A DNA stretch of 64,000 bases, from the NCBI GenBank assembly GCA_965277285.1, contig OZ255721.1, forward strand, positions 3,200,001 through 3,264,000. The letters are read 5' to 3'. The translations under genes were made by a program, and so were the position numbers. Position 1 is the stretch's first letter, and each line of letters starts with the position of its first letter. This document shows positions 41,004-50,268 of the stretch, piece by piece. Source of the stretch: Abditibacteriaceae bacterium (lineage in GTDB: Bacteria; Armatimonadota; Abditibacteriia; Abditibacteriales; Abditibacteriaceae). The notes under the pieces are model-generated. The model saw only the letters and a program-made list of their open reading frames with translations, was not told the origin of the DNA and ran no database searches.

Positions 41004-41531
41004 TTACAGGCCGAAACGGGTGTGCGATTTTTCGCGTTCTTTAGCGAGGATTGCGCCGGTAACGATTAATCCCAGTCCGGTGAGAATTTGCGCCCACGAG
41101 GAAACGCTCAGGCCTTGTTGCGCTTTTTCCACAGGTTCGGGCGTTTCTTCGGTTGGTTCGGTCGCGCTCGCCATCGGCGTATAGGCTTCGGGTTCGTAGT
41201 GCGTCGAATATTCGCCCAAAGCCAGACTTGCGACCGAGGAAACCACGGCGCCGACGTACAACAAATCTTTCAAGCGCGCGACGTTTTTATAAGTATCGCT
41301 GGGGCGCTTGGGCGGGTTGCGACGCATGAGAATATGCGAAACCAGAGCGCCCGACAAACCTGCCACGGCGTAAGGCTGAAAACGCGCCCAGCCTTCATCG
41401 ACCATTTTGCCGCGCTCTTCCGGGTCGTCCAAAACTTCGACCGCGGGGTTCATGGCGAAGGTGCCCATCAAGGTTCCGCCCCACCAAACTGCCACGCCCA
41501 CGTCTTGAATGATATTGACAATCTTTCCCAT
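41004..41531 (-). CDS. Hypothetical membrane protein
   Basis: About four hydrophobic segments; GGAGG upstream; native codon usage. Confidence 0.75.
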   Translation of the reverse strand: MGKIVNIIQDVGVAVWWGGTLMGTFAMNPAVEVLDDPEERGKMVDEGWARFQPYAVAGLSGALVSHILMRRNPPKRPSDTYKNVARLKDLLYVGAVVSSVASLALGEYSTHYEPEAYTPMASATEPTEETPEPVEKAQQGLSVSSWAQILTGLGLIVTGAILAKEREKSHTRFGL

Positions 41532-41648
41532 TTTCCGGCCTCCACAAAAGGTTTTCGTTTGGCTTTTCTATGCAACTTTGCGGCGCTCGCTTGGGCAAGC
41601 GTTGTGCCGCTTTCTCGCAAATCGAGTACTCGAATTGTACCCGAATTC

Positions 41649-42356
41649 TTATGAATAAAGCGGTTCGGGATGAAACGTCTCGACCAACGCACCGTCGCGC
41701 ATCCGAAACACGATGTCGGCGTCGTCCAAAATCTCCATGTCGTGTGTCACGATAATCAAGGCGCCGTGCTCGCGCTGCGTTTTCAAAACGTCCATCACGC
41801 GCGTTCCCGTCGCAATATCGAGCGAAGCTGTCGGTTCATCAACAAACAAAAAGTTGGGACGATGCACCAAGCCGCGCGCCATCGAAGCGCGCACGCGTTC
41901 GCCGCCCGAACATTCGTTGGGAAACTTGGGCGCCAAGTCCGCGATGCCCAATTCTTCCAGCAAATGCAAAGCGCGACTTTGATCGTCGGCGCCCGCGTTT
42001 TCAATCGGCACCAGCACGTTTTCTAAAATGCTAAGGTAAGAAATCAGAAACGGCTGCTGAAAGACGAAACCGAATTCGCGCCGACGGAAGTCGATTTTGT
42101 CGTTGGCAGGCGCTTTGGAATAGAGAAAATCACGAATCCACACTTCGCCCGAAGTGGCGCTTTTCAAGCCCGACAAAAGATACATCAACGATGATTTGCC
42201 ACTTCCCGACGGCCCGACGATGCCCGCGAACTGCCGCGCGCCGACGTTCAATGAAACTTCGCGCACTGCATAGGTCGTCGAACGCGCCGTTTCATACGTC
42301 AAAACCAGGTTGTCAGCGCGCAAAGCGACTTCAGCCGCAGTTTGATTATTTGACAT
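41649..42356 (-). CDS. ABC ATP-binding protein (LolD/MacB-like)
   Basis: GPSGSGKS, GFVFQ, SGGE, VDEPTASLD, VTHD. Confidence 0.92.
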   Translation of the reverse strand: MSNNQTAAEVALRADNLVLTYETARSTTYAVREVSLNVGARQFAGIVGPSGSGKSSLMYLLSGLKSATSGEVWIRDFLYSKAPANDKIDFRRREFGFVFQQPFLISYLSILENVLVPIENAGADDQSRALHLLEELGIADLAPKFPNECSGGERVRASMARGLVHRPNFLFVDEPTASLDIATGTRVMDVLKTQREHGALIIVTHDMEILDDADIVFRMRDGALVETFHPEPLYS

Positions 42357-42389
42357 TCATCATTCCGTATTCATCATTCATCATTTCTT

Positions 42390-43730
42390 TTAGCGTCGTT
42401 CCATAATGTCAATTGGGTCGAGCCGGTACAGGCGCGATAAAACGGTCGCCAAACTGGAAAGTCCGACTAAAACCGGAATCGGCAAGGTGTAGCGAATCGC
42501 CAGGCTGTCGAGCGGCGCGAGAATGAGGCCGCGCGGCGTCATGTAAACCGCATCGAGTACTCGAAACAGCGTCCACGTCAGGCCAATTCCCAGCAGCCAA
42601 CCAACGACGACCAACATTCCGGTTTCGACCATGACGCGGCGCGCTAAGCGTTCGCGGCGAAAGCCAAAGGCGCTTAAAAGCCCGAATTCGCCCAATCGTT
42701 GCTCGAAATAAATGTTCGCCAGAAAGCCGCTCATCAAGGCGACGGCGCCGATCACGAGCGCATCGGCAATGGCGAGAAATTGATACAAAAACTCCAAATG
42801 CGTGCGTAGTTCGCCGACCAGAGTCGAAAAAGTAATCAGCTTGACGTAGCGCACATCGGCTTCATCGAAGCCGTTTTTCTGAGGATTGTCGATCAATGTT
42901 TCGACATTGCGATTGAAGTCGTTGATGCGTCCTGGTTTGGCGACCATCAGATAAGAAGTGCGCTGCACGACATCGGGAATTTCGAGTTGCAAATAAGTGC
43001 GGTCACAGAAACCAACGTCTTCGCCGCCATCCAAAATGCCGACGAGATGCTGGTTTTCGGGAATCGGCGGCGGGCTGAGCAATTCTTTTTTGCCGCGAAT
43101 CCATTCGTCGCATTTAACGCCGAAATTGTTCGCCCATTGCCGCGTCATTACGACTTCGGGCGTATTTTCCTTCGGCAAGCGGCCTTCCACCAAACGATTG
43201 CCGCTGTCGGTGACGGCATGGTTCATATCAGCCGCATCAACGCCGTAAAACGGAACCGGCATTTGCCCGAAAACCGTCCGAATGTTCATAATCGTCGGTA
43301 TTACGACGTGAGTGCGCAATAAATTCGGATCGCGTTGCGCGCGCGCCACGACATTGGGCGCCACATCGCGTTCGAGTTGCGAAGTCAAAACCGAAAAGCG
43401 ACGCGTTAAGCCGTAATGTGTCGTAATCGAGCGATCTACGGAATTGAGCAGCGTGACAATGGCGGCGATGAGAAAACAGGAAATCACAATCGCGCCGCCG
43501 ATGGGCAAAGTGCGCGCGATGTTGCGCCGATAATAGGTCAAAGGCGACAGCGGCGGCAAGGTTTTTTGCGCTTTGGGACGCGAATGCTCGCGCGTGGCGG
43601 CTGTGGGCTGCGTCGCCGAACGCGAAGACGAATATCGAGTACTCGAATGATTGGAATCGGCGGACACAGCGCGCGGTGGAATGTCGCGCGATTCTTCGTT
43701 GGGCGTTTCGGTTTCGGGAGGAGCTTGCAC
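42390..43730 (-). CDS. FtsX/MacB-like ABC permease
   Basis: TM + periplasmic domain (GRLP) + three TM; QRLGEFGLLSAFG, LDPIDIM. Confidence 0.85.
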   Translation of the reverse strand: MQAPPETETPNEESRDIPPRAVSADSNHSSTRYSSSRSATQPTAATREHSRPKAQKTLPPLSPLTYYRRNIARTLPIGGAIVISCFLIAAIVTLLNSVDRSITTHYGLTRRFSVLTSQLERDVAPNVVARAQRDPNLLRTHVVIPTIMNIRTVFGQMPVPFYGVDAADMNHAVTDSGNRLVEGRLPKENTPEVVMTRQWANNFGVKCDEWIRGKKELLSPPPIPENQHLVGILDGGEDVGFCDRTYLQLEIPDVVQRTSYLMVAKPGRINDFNRNVETLIDNPQKNGFDEADVRYVKLITFSTLVGELRTHLEFLYQFLAIADALVIGAVALMSGFLANIYFEQRLGEFGLLSAFGFRRERLARRVMVETGMLVVVGWLLGIGLTWTLFRVLDAVYMTPRGLILAPLDSLAIRYTLPIPVLVGLSSLATVLSRLYRLDPIDIMERR

Positions 43731-43805
43731 AAGGGAAGTTTAACTAATGATGAGAACTGCGGCTTTCCATTACTATGGAATAATTATGTAAGAAAGGAGA
43801 AAACT

Positions 43806-44015
43806 ATGACGACCAACCGTAAATTGATTTGCGCGCTTACTGCTGTAATTATTATTGGCCTCCTTTCTGAACTATTGCCGCTTATCTTTCCGCCTCGTTC
43901 GACAGTTGGCTTATGGGCATCTGTTGCCTTGTTGGGGTTAATAACTGTCCCAATGTTTTACATAACTGGAACATTAGCACGGTTCGTTGTGATAAGGATT
44001 AAACGAATGAAATGA
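43806..44015 (+). CDS. Small AT-rich two-TM membrane protein (69 aa)
   Basis: AAGGAG RBS before ATG 43806; two hydrophobic helices. Confidence 0.55.
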   Translation: MTTNRKLICALTAVIIIGLLSELLPLIFPPRSTVGLWASVALLGLITVPMFYITGTLARFVVIRIKRMK

Positions 44016-45333
44016 TTTTATCTGTGATCTCTAATTCGTTTTCAATCCAATCGCACGCCGTTTGCGTACCGCGTTCGTTACGGATTTGCGCGCCGACGAT
44101 TTGCGCGCGTTCGGCGTAACAACGAGTACTCGATAAGCGCTGCAGCTCGTGCGCGACGCGCGATGCTTTGTATTTCGATTTGGGCAACAAGCGCGCGACG
44201 CCGCAACGCTGCGTGCGTAAAGCGTTGTCCGGCTGATCTTGCGAATGCGGCATAATGAGCATTGGCTTGGCGGCTTGCAAACACAACGCGATTGTCCCGA
44301 TTCCACCGTGATGAACCGCCATTTCGCAATGCGGCAAAACTTGGGAAAGCGGCACATAAGAAAGCGGAAAAATGTCGTCCGCGAAATCGAGTTTCGGCCA
44401 CAATTGCGCGTCGCGTCCCAGCACAAAAATCGCGCGACGCTTCATCAGGCGAACGGCTTGCAAACTTTGCGTCCAAAAATCGCCCGCGCTCATCGCCGAC
44501 GACGCGCCGAGCGTAAACAAAATCGGCGGCTGCGCGCTTTCGCTCAAAAACCATTGCAGTTCTGCGCTAAGTTTTTCGCCTTCATCTCGGTCATACAAAC
44601 AAAATCCGGTGGCGCGTATTTGCGGCGGCCAATCTTTTTGTGGCGGCGCCAAAGCGGGCGAAAACAATCCGAGTACTCGATGCGGCGAATGCGCGTCATC
44701 GAACAGTGGCGAAATGCTTTCTGGCAAACCAAATTCGCGGCGCAATTCCTTCAAGGAACCCAAAGGTTGTGCCAGCCATTTCCCAAGCCAGCGGTTCCAA
44801 CTGCGCACCGCGATTTTGCCCAAAACAGGAACGTTCGCCAAAGCCGGAACAATCGGCAACGATGGCGGATCATCGACCGATTGCAAAAACATCGGCGACA
44901 CAATGGCGGAAATCCAGCGCATTTTTACGGCATTTCGAGTACTCGATTGCGCCGCAACTAAAGGCGCCACGACAGACATCGAATGCGAGACGAAAATGTC
45001 GGCGTCGCGCGTGGTTTCGCATAAATCGTCGAAGGTTTGGCGCACGTTGGGCGCGACGATTTCTTGCAAAAGATATTTTGCGCCGCCGCTGATCGGGTTC
45101 ATTACGCGCTCGTAAAAGGCGGCGTTGTTGGACAAATCGGGCAAATCGGGACGAATCGGGAAGAACTCCAAACCGGCGTTTTCGGTGGCGCCGCGATACA
45201 ATTCGCACGTCGCAATTACGACATGATGGCCGCGACTTTTCAGTTCGCGCCCAATGGCGAGATAAGGATGCACATCGCCGAACGAGCCGAAAGTTGTCAG
45301 CACGATTTTGGAAGAAGCGGGACGAAAATTCAT
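43999..45333 (-). CDS. Family 1 glycosyltransferase (RhlB/sterol-GT-like)
   Basis: GSFGDVHPY, FTLGAS, VHHGGIGT, DQPDNA. Confidence 0.9.
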   Translation of the reverse strand: MNFRPASSKIVLTTFGSFGDVHPYLAIGRELKSRGHHVVIATCELYRGATENAGLEFFPIRPDLPDLSNNAAFYERVMNPISGGAKYLLQEIVAPNVRQTFDDLCETTRDADIFVSHSMSVVAPLVAAQSSTRNAVKMRWISAIVSPMFLQSVDDPPSLPIVPALANVPVLGKIAVRSWNRWLGKWLAQPLGSLKELRREFGLPESISPLFDDAHSPHRVLGLFSPALAPPQKDWPPQIRATGFCLYDRDEGEKLSAELQWFLSESAQPPILFTLGASSAMSAGDFWTQSLQAVRLMKRRAIFVLGRDAQLWPKLDFADDIFPLSYVPLSQVLPHCEMAVHHGGIGTIALCLQAAKPMLIMPHSQDQPDNALRTQRCGVARLLPKSKYKASRVAHELQRLSSTRCYAERAQIVGAQIRNERGTQTACDWIENELEITDKIISFV

Positions 45334-45416
45334 AATGGAAGAAAGGCGTCGTTTATTGTAACGAATGCAAAGCGACAACAACGCCGAAAAAGTGTTTTGG
45401 AAAGATTGTAAGGAGA

Positions 45417-45568
45417 GAATACGGAACTTCGTTACATCCGCCCAGAGGGCACCCGGAACGGATGAACACGGATCAAAAAAGAAAGGATCGAGTACTCGAT
45501 TTGCAATTTGTAAAATCCGTGAAAACCCGTTCAATCCGTGTAACGCCGTGTAACGAAGTTCCGTGTTC
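45417..45568. repeat. ACGGAT/ATCCGT-family element with TCGAGTACTCGA in its loop
   Basis: ACGGAACTTCGTTACA...TGTAACGAAGTTCCGT termini. Confidence 0.8.
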
Positions 45569-45747
45569 TCTCGAACCGTCGCGTTCTATCAGCGTCCGCG
45601 CGGCGTTTGCAAAGCGCAGATTCCACCACGTTTCTTTTGGCTCATAGAAAAGAAGCGGGTAAACTGTCGCCGCTACCCGAATTTGCCGTTGCCTGCGTTG
45701 CCAGACACCGCGTTGCCGCACACTGCGTTGCCAAACCTTTCAACTTC

Positions 45748-47304
45748 ATGCCCTTTCCCGTTTCAGAAGCGCCCGTCGTCATATCTCCCGTTTCTCCTGG
45801 CGCGCCTTCGACGCCCGAAGTCACTGCTCCTCATGCGGGAAAAACGCGCCGTCGCCGCACTTCGCGCTCGATTGCTTCACGTTCGGTGCGCCGTGTTATT
45901 CGTCGCGTCTCGCCGCGTCCGTCTGGAAAATTGAGTGCTGCGAGATCGAGTACTCGAAACGCGAAAAAACGTCCACCGGGGCCGCGTCGCTTTACGCCGC
46001 TCAAGCATTTGATGGCGTTGCAACACGATCCGATTCGCTGGTTCACGCAATTGACGCAACAACACGGCGACTTCGTGCATTTGCGTTTGGGGCCGACCGA
46101 TTTATTCCTCATCAATCATCCCGATTTGGTCGAGGAAGTTTTGGTGAAAAAGCCGCGCTACTTTTCCAAAGGTCGCGCCATGCGCAAAATGATGCACGTT
46201 TTGGGCGAAGGCTTGCTGACCAGCGAAGGCGCGGTTCATCGTCGCCAACGCCGATTATCGCAGCCAGCGTTTCACCGCGAACGCGTCAATTCCTACGCTG
46301 AAATGATGATAGGCTGCGCCCTTAAAACGCGCGCGCAATGGGAAAATCAACCACTCGATGAACTGCTCGATGTGAATTCTTCGATGAAGCATTTGACGAT
46401 GGCGGTCGTCGGCAAAACGATGTTGAGCATCGATATGGAAGGCGAAAACGCCGACTTGGGCGCCGTGATGACCGACTTAATGGACGCCTTCAACTGGCTG
46501 GTTTTGCCTGGTTTTGGCCTTCTGGAACAACTGCCGGTGCCCAAAATGAAGCGTTCTCGCACTGCGCGCGCTCGTTTGAATTCGATGATTTATCGCCTGA
46601 TTGCCGAGCGTCGCAAAGACACCGAAGATCGCGGCGATTTGCTGTCGATGTTGTTGCTGACCGAAGACGAAGACGGCGGCATGATGAGCGATTTGCAAGT
46701 GCGCGACGAAGCGATGACGATCTTTATCGCCGGTCACGAATCGCAGACCAACGCGCTCAACTGGGTTTGGTTTTTGTTGTCGCAACATCCCGAAGTCGAG
46801 GCGAAGGTGCACGAAGAACTGGATCGAGTACTCGAAGGCCGCGCGCCAACGTCCGCCGATTACTTCAATTTGACTTACACCAAAATGGTGTTTCAGGAAA
46901 CCTTGCGGATGTATGCGCCGGTGTGGACGATGGGGCGCCGCGCCACCAGCGACGTTCATATCGGCGGCTATCTGGTGCCCAAAGGTTCCGCCGTGATGAT
47001 GAGTCCGTATGTTCTGGGACGCGACGCGCGTTTTTACAATCACCCGAACATCTTCGACCCCGAACGATGGCGCGGCGATGCCGCTCTCAGCCGCCCGAAG
47101 TATGCGTATTTCCCGTTTGGCGCTGGCCCGCGCTTGTGCATCGGCGAAGCCTTCGCCTGGATGGAAGGCGTTTTATTAGTTGCAACTCTGGCGCAAAAGT
47201 TTCGCTTGAAGTTGCCCAAAGATCATCCGCCAGTCGAACCGCATCCCGTTGTCACTGTTGGCCCGCGCCACGGCTTGAAGATGATTTTAGAGCGGCGCAA
47301 TTGA
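45748..47304 (+). CDS. Cytochrome P450 with Arg/Ser-rich N-terminal extension
   Basis: AGHES I-helix, ETLR, FDPERW, FGAGPRLCIG; start uncertain. Confidence 0.93.
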   Translation: MPFPVSEAPVVISPVSPGAPSTPEVTAPHAGKTRRRRTSRSIASRSVRRVIRRVSPRPSGKLSAARSSTRNAKKRPPGPRRFTPLKHLMALQHDPIRWFTQLTQQHGDFVHLRLGPTDLFLINHPDLVEEVLVKKPRYFSKGRAMRKMMHVLGEGLLTSEGAVHRRQRRLSQPAFHRERVNSYAEMMIGCALKTRAQWENQPLDELLDVNSSMKHLTMAVVGKTMLSIDMEGENADLGAVMTDLMDAFNWLVLPGFGLLEQLPVPKMKRSRTARARLNSMIYRLIAERRKDTEDRGDLLSMLLLTEDEDGGMMSDLQVRDEAMTIFIAGHESQTNALNWVWFLLSQHPEVEAKVHEELDRVLEGRAPTSADYFNLTYTKMVFQETLRMYAPVWTMGRRATSDVHIGGYLVPKGSAVMMSPYVLGRDARFYNHPNIFDPERWRGDAALSRPKYAYFPFGAGPRLCIGEAFAWMEGVLLVATLAQKFRLKLPKDHPPVEPHPVVTVGPRHGLKMILERRN

Positions 47305-47370
47305 TGAACTGCCAAGGCGCAGAGAACGCCAGGAAGAGAAATCGAGTATTTGATGGTGTGAAGGTAATTT

Positions 47371-47664
47371 ATGAGTAGCAATCCTGGAGTTTACGAACGT
47401 TACAAAGAGCATTTTGCTTGCTTCAAGTGCCGCAAAATGTTCAAACAAACTGCTTGGCGTGGCTTGGAAGAATCGCTCCGTTGTCAATTCAAAGATTATC
47501 AAGACTTCGTCCACAACTACAAAGCGCCTTGCCCGCAATGTGGCGCGCCAATGCAGAATATGGGAAAAGGTTTTAGACCTCCACGACAAAAAGAAGTCAG
47601 GCTGTGGCTTGAACTTGAAGAAAAGGCCAAGCAAGGTGCCAAGTTCTATGGCTGGCGCTGGTGA
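47371..47664 (+). CDS. Small Zn-ribbon hypothetical protein
   Basis: CFKCRK...CPQCG; AAGGT RBS; lower GC. Confidence 0.75.
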   Translation: MSSNPGVYERYKEHFACFKCRKMFKQTAWRGLEESLRCQFKDYQDFVHNYKAPCPQCGAPMQNMGKGFRPPRQKEVRLWLELEEKAKQGAKFYGWRW

Positions 47665-47701
47665 ACAAAAAATCTCAAATTCGAGTACTCGATAGCGATT
47701 G

Positions 47702-48028
47702 TCATTCTGCACAAAGCGGAGAACTCGTGTCCTTACTTTGTGTTTCCGAGAGCCTGCGTTGCACACGTTTTACCAGATCTTCGACAACCGTTCGCGCGCC
47801 GAATACTTTGAGGCCTTCGTAAGTTTCAGATTGAATCGTGACAACTTCGCCATCCACGCTGAACTTCATCCAGCTTATTTCTTGTGAACCGCCCGCGCCC
47901 GACCATTTGTTGAGTTGCTGCGCCTGCAACTCATGTTCAAGAACATATTGAAGGCAGATGAAAGGCTGCTCATCAGTGTTCTCGCACAGATGAATTAAAT
48001 ATTGATTTTCATGCTCGAAAGGATTCAT
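47702..48028 (-). CDS. Hypothetical protein
   Basis: Fills the gap, convergent with the previous gene; lower GC; no motif recognised. Confidence 0.5.
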   Translation of the reverse strand: MNPFEHENQYLIHLCENTDEQPFICLQYVLEHELQAQQLNKWSGAGGSQEISWMKFSVDGEVVTIQSETYEGLKVFGARTVVEDLVKRVQRRLSETQSKDTSSPLCAE

Positions 48029-48107
48029 AGTTTCTTTTCTCAAACGCTGAAACTTTCAACTTCGAGTACTCGATTACTCTTCTTGGCGAACTTGGCGTCT
48101 TGGCGGT

Positions 48108-48878
48108 TCAATCCATCAATTTCGTGGGGTTTTCCAGTAAGCGTTTGAAGCGGCGGAAGGTTTTCAGGCTGCGCACGACGCCGACGACACGCTGATCGAC
48201 GCCAAAGGATAAGTAAACCGTCGGGCGGATTTCGATTTTGTCGCCGACGACAATCGGGCGTAGTTTGGTGCCGCCGATGCTCATCAAAGTCGTCGTTCCC
48301 AGATGATACGGCGTGTAAAACTCCAAATCGCTCAAATCTACGCTGGTGATTTGAAAGGTTCCGACTTTGGCGCGCCGAATCTTGGCCGAACGCCCCAATC
48401 CGCCAATCAGGGTGCGGCGAACGCTGCCCGGAATCCAGCGTGCGTAACGGTGCCAGCGCGCGCCGCCTTGCGCTTTGGCGAGTTTTTCTCCTTCGATGGC
48501 CTGCAAGGTTTTCTCGCGCAGTTCATTATGAATGTCGCGCAGGTTTTTGGTTTGCGCGTTTTGAATGACGATAATCGGCGTTATGCTGCGTCCTGTGGCG
48601 ACAGAAACGCCGATGTCAACCGAATCGGGAAAGACGATTTTGTTGCCCTGCAAAACCGCTTGCAGATACGGCTCGCGTTCGAGAATATAAGCCGAAGCGC
48701 GAATGATGACCTGCAAATCGGTCAGCGCCAGCCCGTGTTTTTCCTGATACTGCGCGCGAAACGCATGAACGCCGCTCATATCGAGCATCATCACGGCGTG
48801 GCCGTCGGGCGCGCTGGAGGTGCGCATCGCGTCCGCCATAATACGGTGCGTGAAATCGAGAGGTTCAGAACGAAGCAT
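48108..48878 (-). CDS. Stand-alone 2-oxoacid dehydrogenase acyltransferase (E2-like) catalytic domain
   Basis: VDIGVSVA, GTFQITS, EIRPTVYLSFGVDQRVVG, LLENP. Confidence 0.75.
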   Translation of the reverse strand: MLRSEPLDFTHRIMADAMRTSSAPDGHAVMMLDMSGVHAFRAQYQEKHGLALTDLQVIIRASAYILEREPYLQAVLQGNKIVFPDSVDIGVSVATGRSITPIIVIQNAQTKNLRDIHNELREKTLQAIEGEKLAKAQGGARWHRYARWIPGSVRRTLIGGLGRSAKIRRAKVGTFQITSVDLSDLEFYTPYHLGTTTLMSIGGTKLRPIVVGDKIEIRPTVYLSFGVDQRVVGVVRSLKTFRRFKRLLENPTKLMD

Positions 48879-48964
48879 AGGTTAAGAGGGATGAGGTAAA
48901 AGGGACGAGTCACAACGCACTTGAAGTTCGACGTACGAGCGATTCGCCGAATCGCCCGTACCAT

Positions 48965-50008
48965 TCACTTCTCATCCCTGGCAACTCGTCCCTGAAGTTG
49001 TTCCCAGACCGGCTTTTCGCCCAGCAAATTCCAGTGGACGCGGCGCGGCAAAACCGGCCAGATGCGTCCGCGAAAGTTGAGGTTCTGCGCGACGGCGCGA
49101 ATATCGTCGCGGATTTGTTGATCGGTGTAGCGCGTCGAGATGTGATACAAGACGACGTTTTCGACTTCGGCTTGCTGCGCCACGCGCAAGGCTTCTTCGA
49201 CTGTGGAATGAACGTGTCCGTGCGCTCGCGCGTTCGGCATCGGTTCGCCTGGTGCACCGTCTTCATCGTCGCCGGAATCGCGGTCTTCGGCGCACAAAAA
49301 TGTCGCTTCATGAAGCAGCAATTTGGCGCCGCGCACTTCGTCGGGATGCAAAGGTTCGCCGTCGCCGCCAACGGAAATCCATTTTTCATCAACCACTTCC
49401 GTAATGCCTTCGCGCCCCAGGCGACGCGCCAAATCTTCGCGTTTGCTGGCGGCGACGTTGCGAAATTGTGGCGAACTCAAGGCTTCGTTGCCAATCTGCG
49501 CGCGCATCGCATCGAGTTCAGCTTGTGACAAATCGCGGAATTCGGGTCGCACTTTTTGCTTGCGCCATAACAAATGAAAGCCCAGAGAACGCGGCTTGTC
49601 TTCGATTTTGTCATCGAGATAATGGCGCGTGCGAAACGCTTTGAGTACGCGATCCGGCACATCGCCGGTTTGCAAACTGTCGCCTTCTTCGAGTGCGTGC
49701 CACACGGCGCGCCAACTCGTCCCGGGATTGAATTTGTTGGCGAAGTTTTCCAATTCACTGAACGAGCGGCTGCCGCAGGGATGCGCGACTGCAAAACTTC
49801 CGGCTTCGCCGCGCTGATTGACGACTTGCAAAAGCCCGCCGATGTGATCTCGGTGCGCGTGCGTCAGGGCAACGGTGTCGATTTTGCGGATTTTGTAGCC
49901 CAGATGCTGCGTGGCGCCATCGCCCGCGTCAATGAGCAGGTGCCAGTCGGGAATCCACATCCACGTCGCAAAACGCGGTGAGGAATGAATGGCCAGTTGA
50001 AGGTTCAT
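48965..50008 (-). CDS. Ribonuclease Z-like metallo-beta-lactamase
   Basis: DAGDG, THAHRDHIGG, LLHEATF, HST, YHISTRY. Confidence 0.85.
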   Translation of the reverse strand: MNLQLAIHSSPRFATWMWIPDWHLLIDAGDGATQHLGYKIRKIDTVALTHAHRDHIGGLLQVVNQRGEAGSFAVAHPCGSRSFSELENFANKFNPGTSWRAVWHALEEGDSLQTGDVPDRVLKAFRTRHYLDDKIEDKPRSLGFHLLWRKQKVRPEFRDLSQAELDAMRAQIGNEALSSPQFRNVAASKREDLARRLGREGITEVVDEKWISVGGDGEPLHPDEVRGAKLLLHEATFLCAEDRDSGDDEDGAPGEPMPNARAHGHVHSTVEEALRVAQQAEVENVVLYHISTRYTDQQIRDDIRAVAQNLNFRGRIWPVLPRRVHWNLLGEKPVWEQLQGRVARDEK

Positions 50009-50268
50009 AAAGGAGTGCTTGGTGGTTTGTAATGAGAATCGAGTACTCGATGCAGTTTAGCAGCGTATTCCCGTAGGAGCGAAGCATGCTGCGTCCTGAA
50101 CTTTGCGTCCTGAACTTTGCGTCCTGAAAGTTTGTGTTCGATGCAAAGATTCGACAAAAGGCGAAGCATGTTTCGCCCCTACATATTTGTGGACACAAGC
50201 GAAAACGCCGCTGTCTGGAATGAACCAGAGCAGCGGCGTTTTGCTTTTGAGACTTTTAGCGACCGCGA

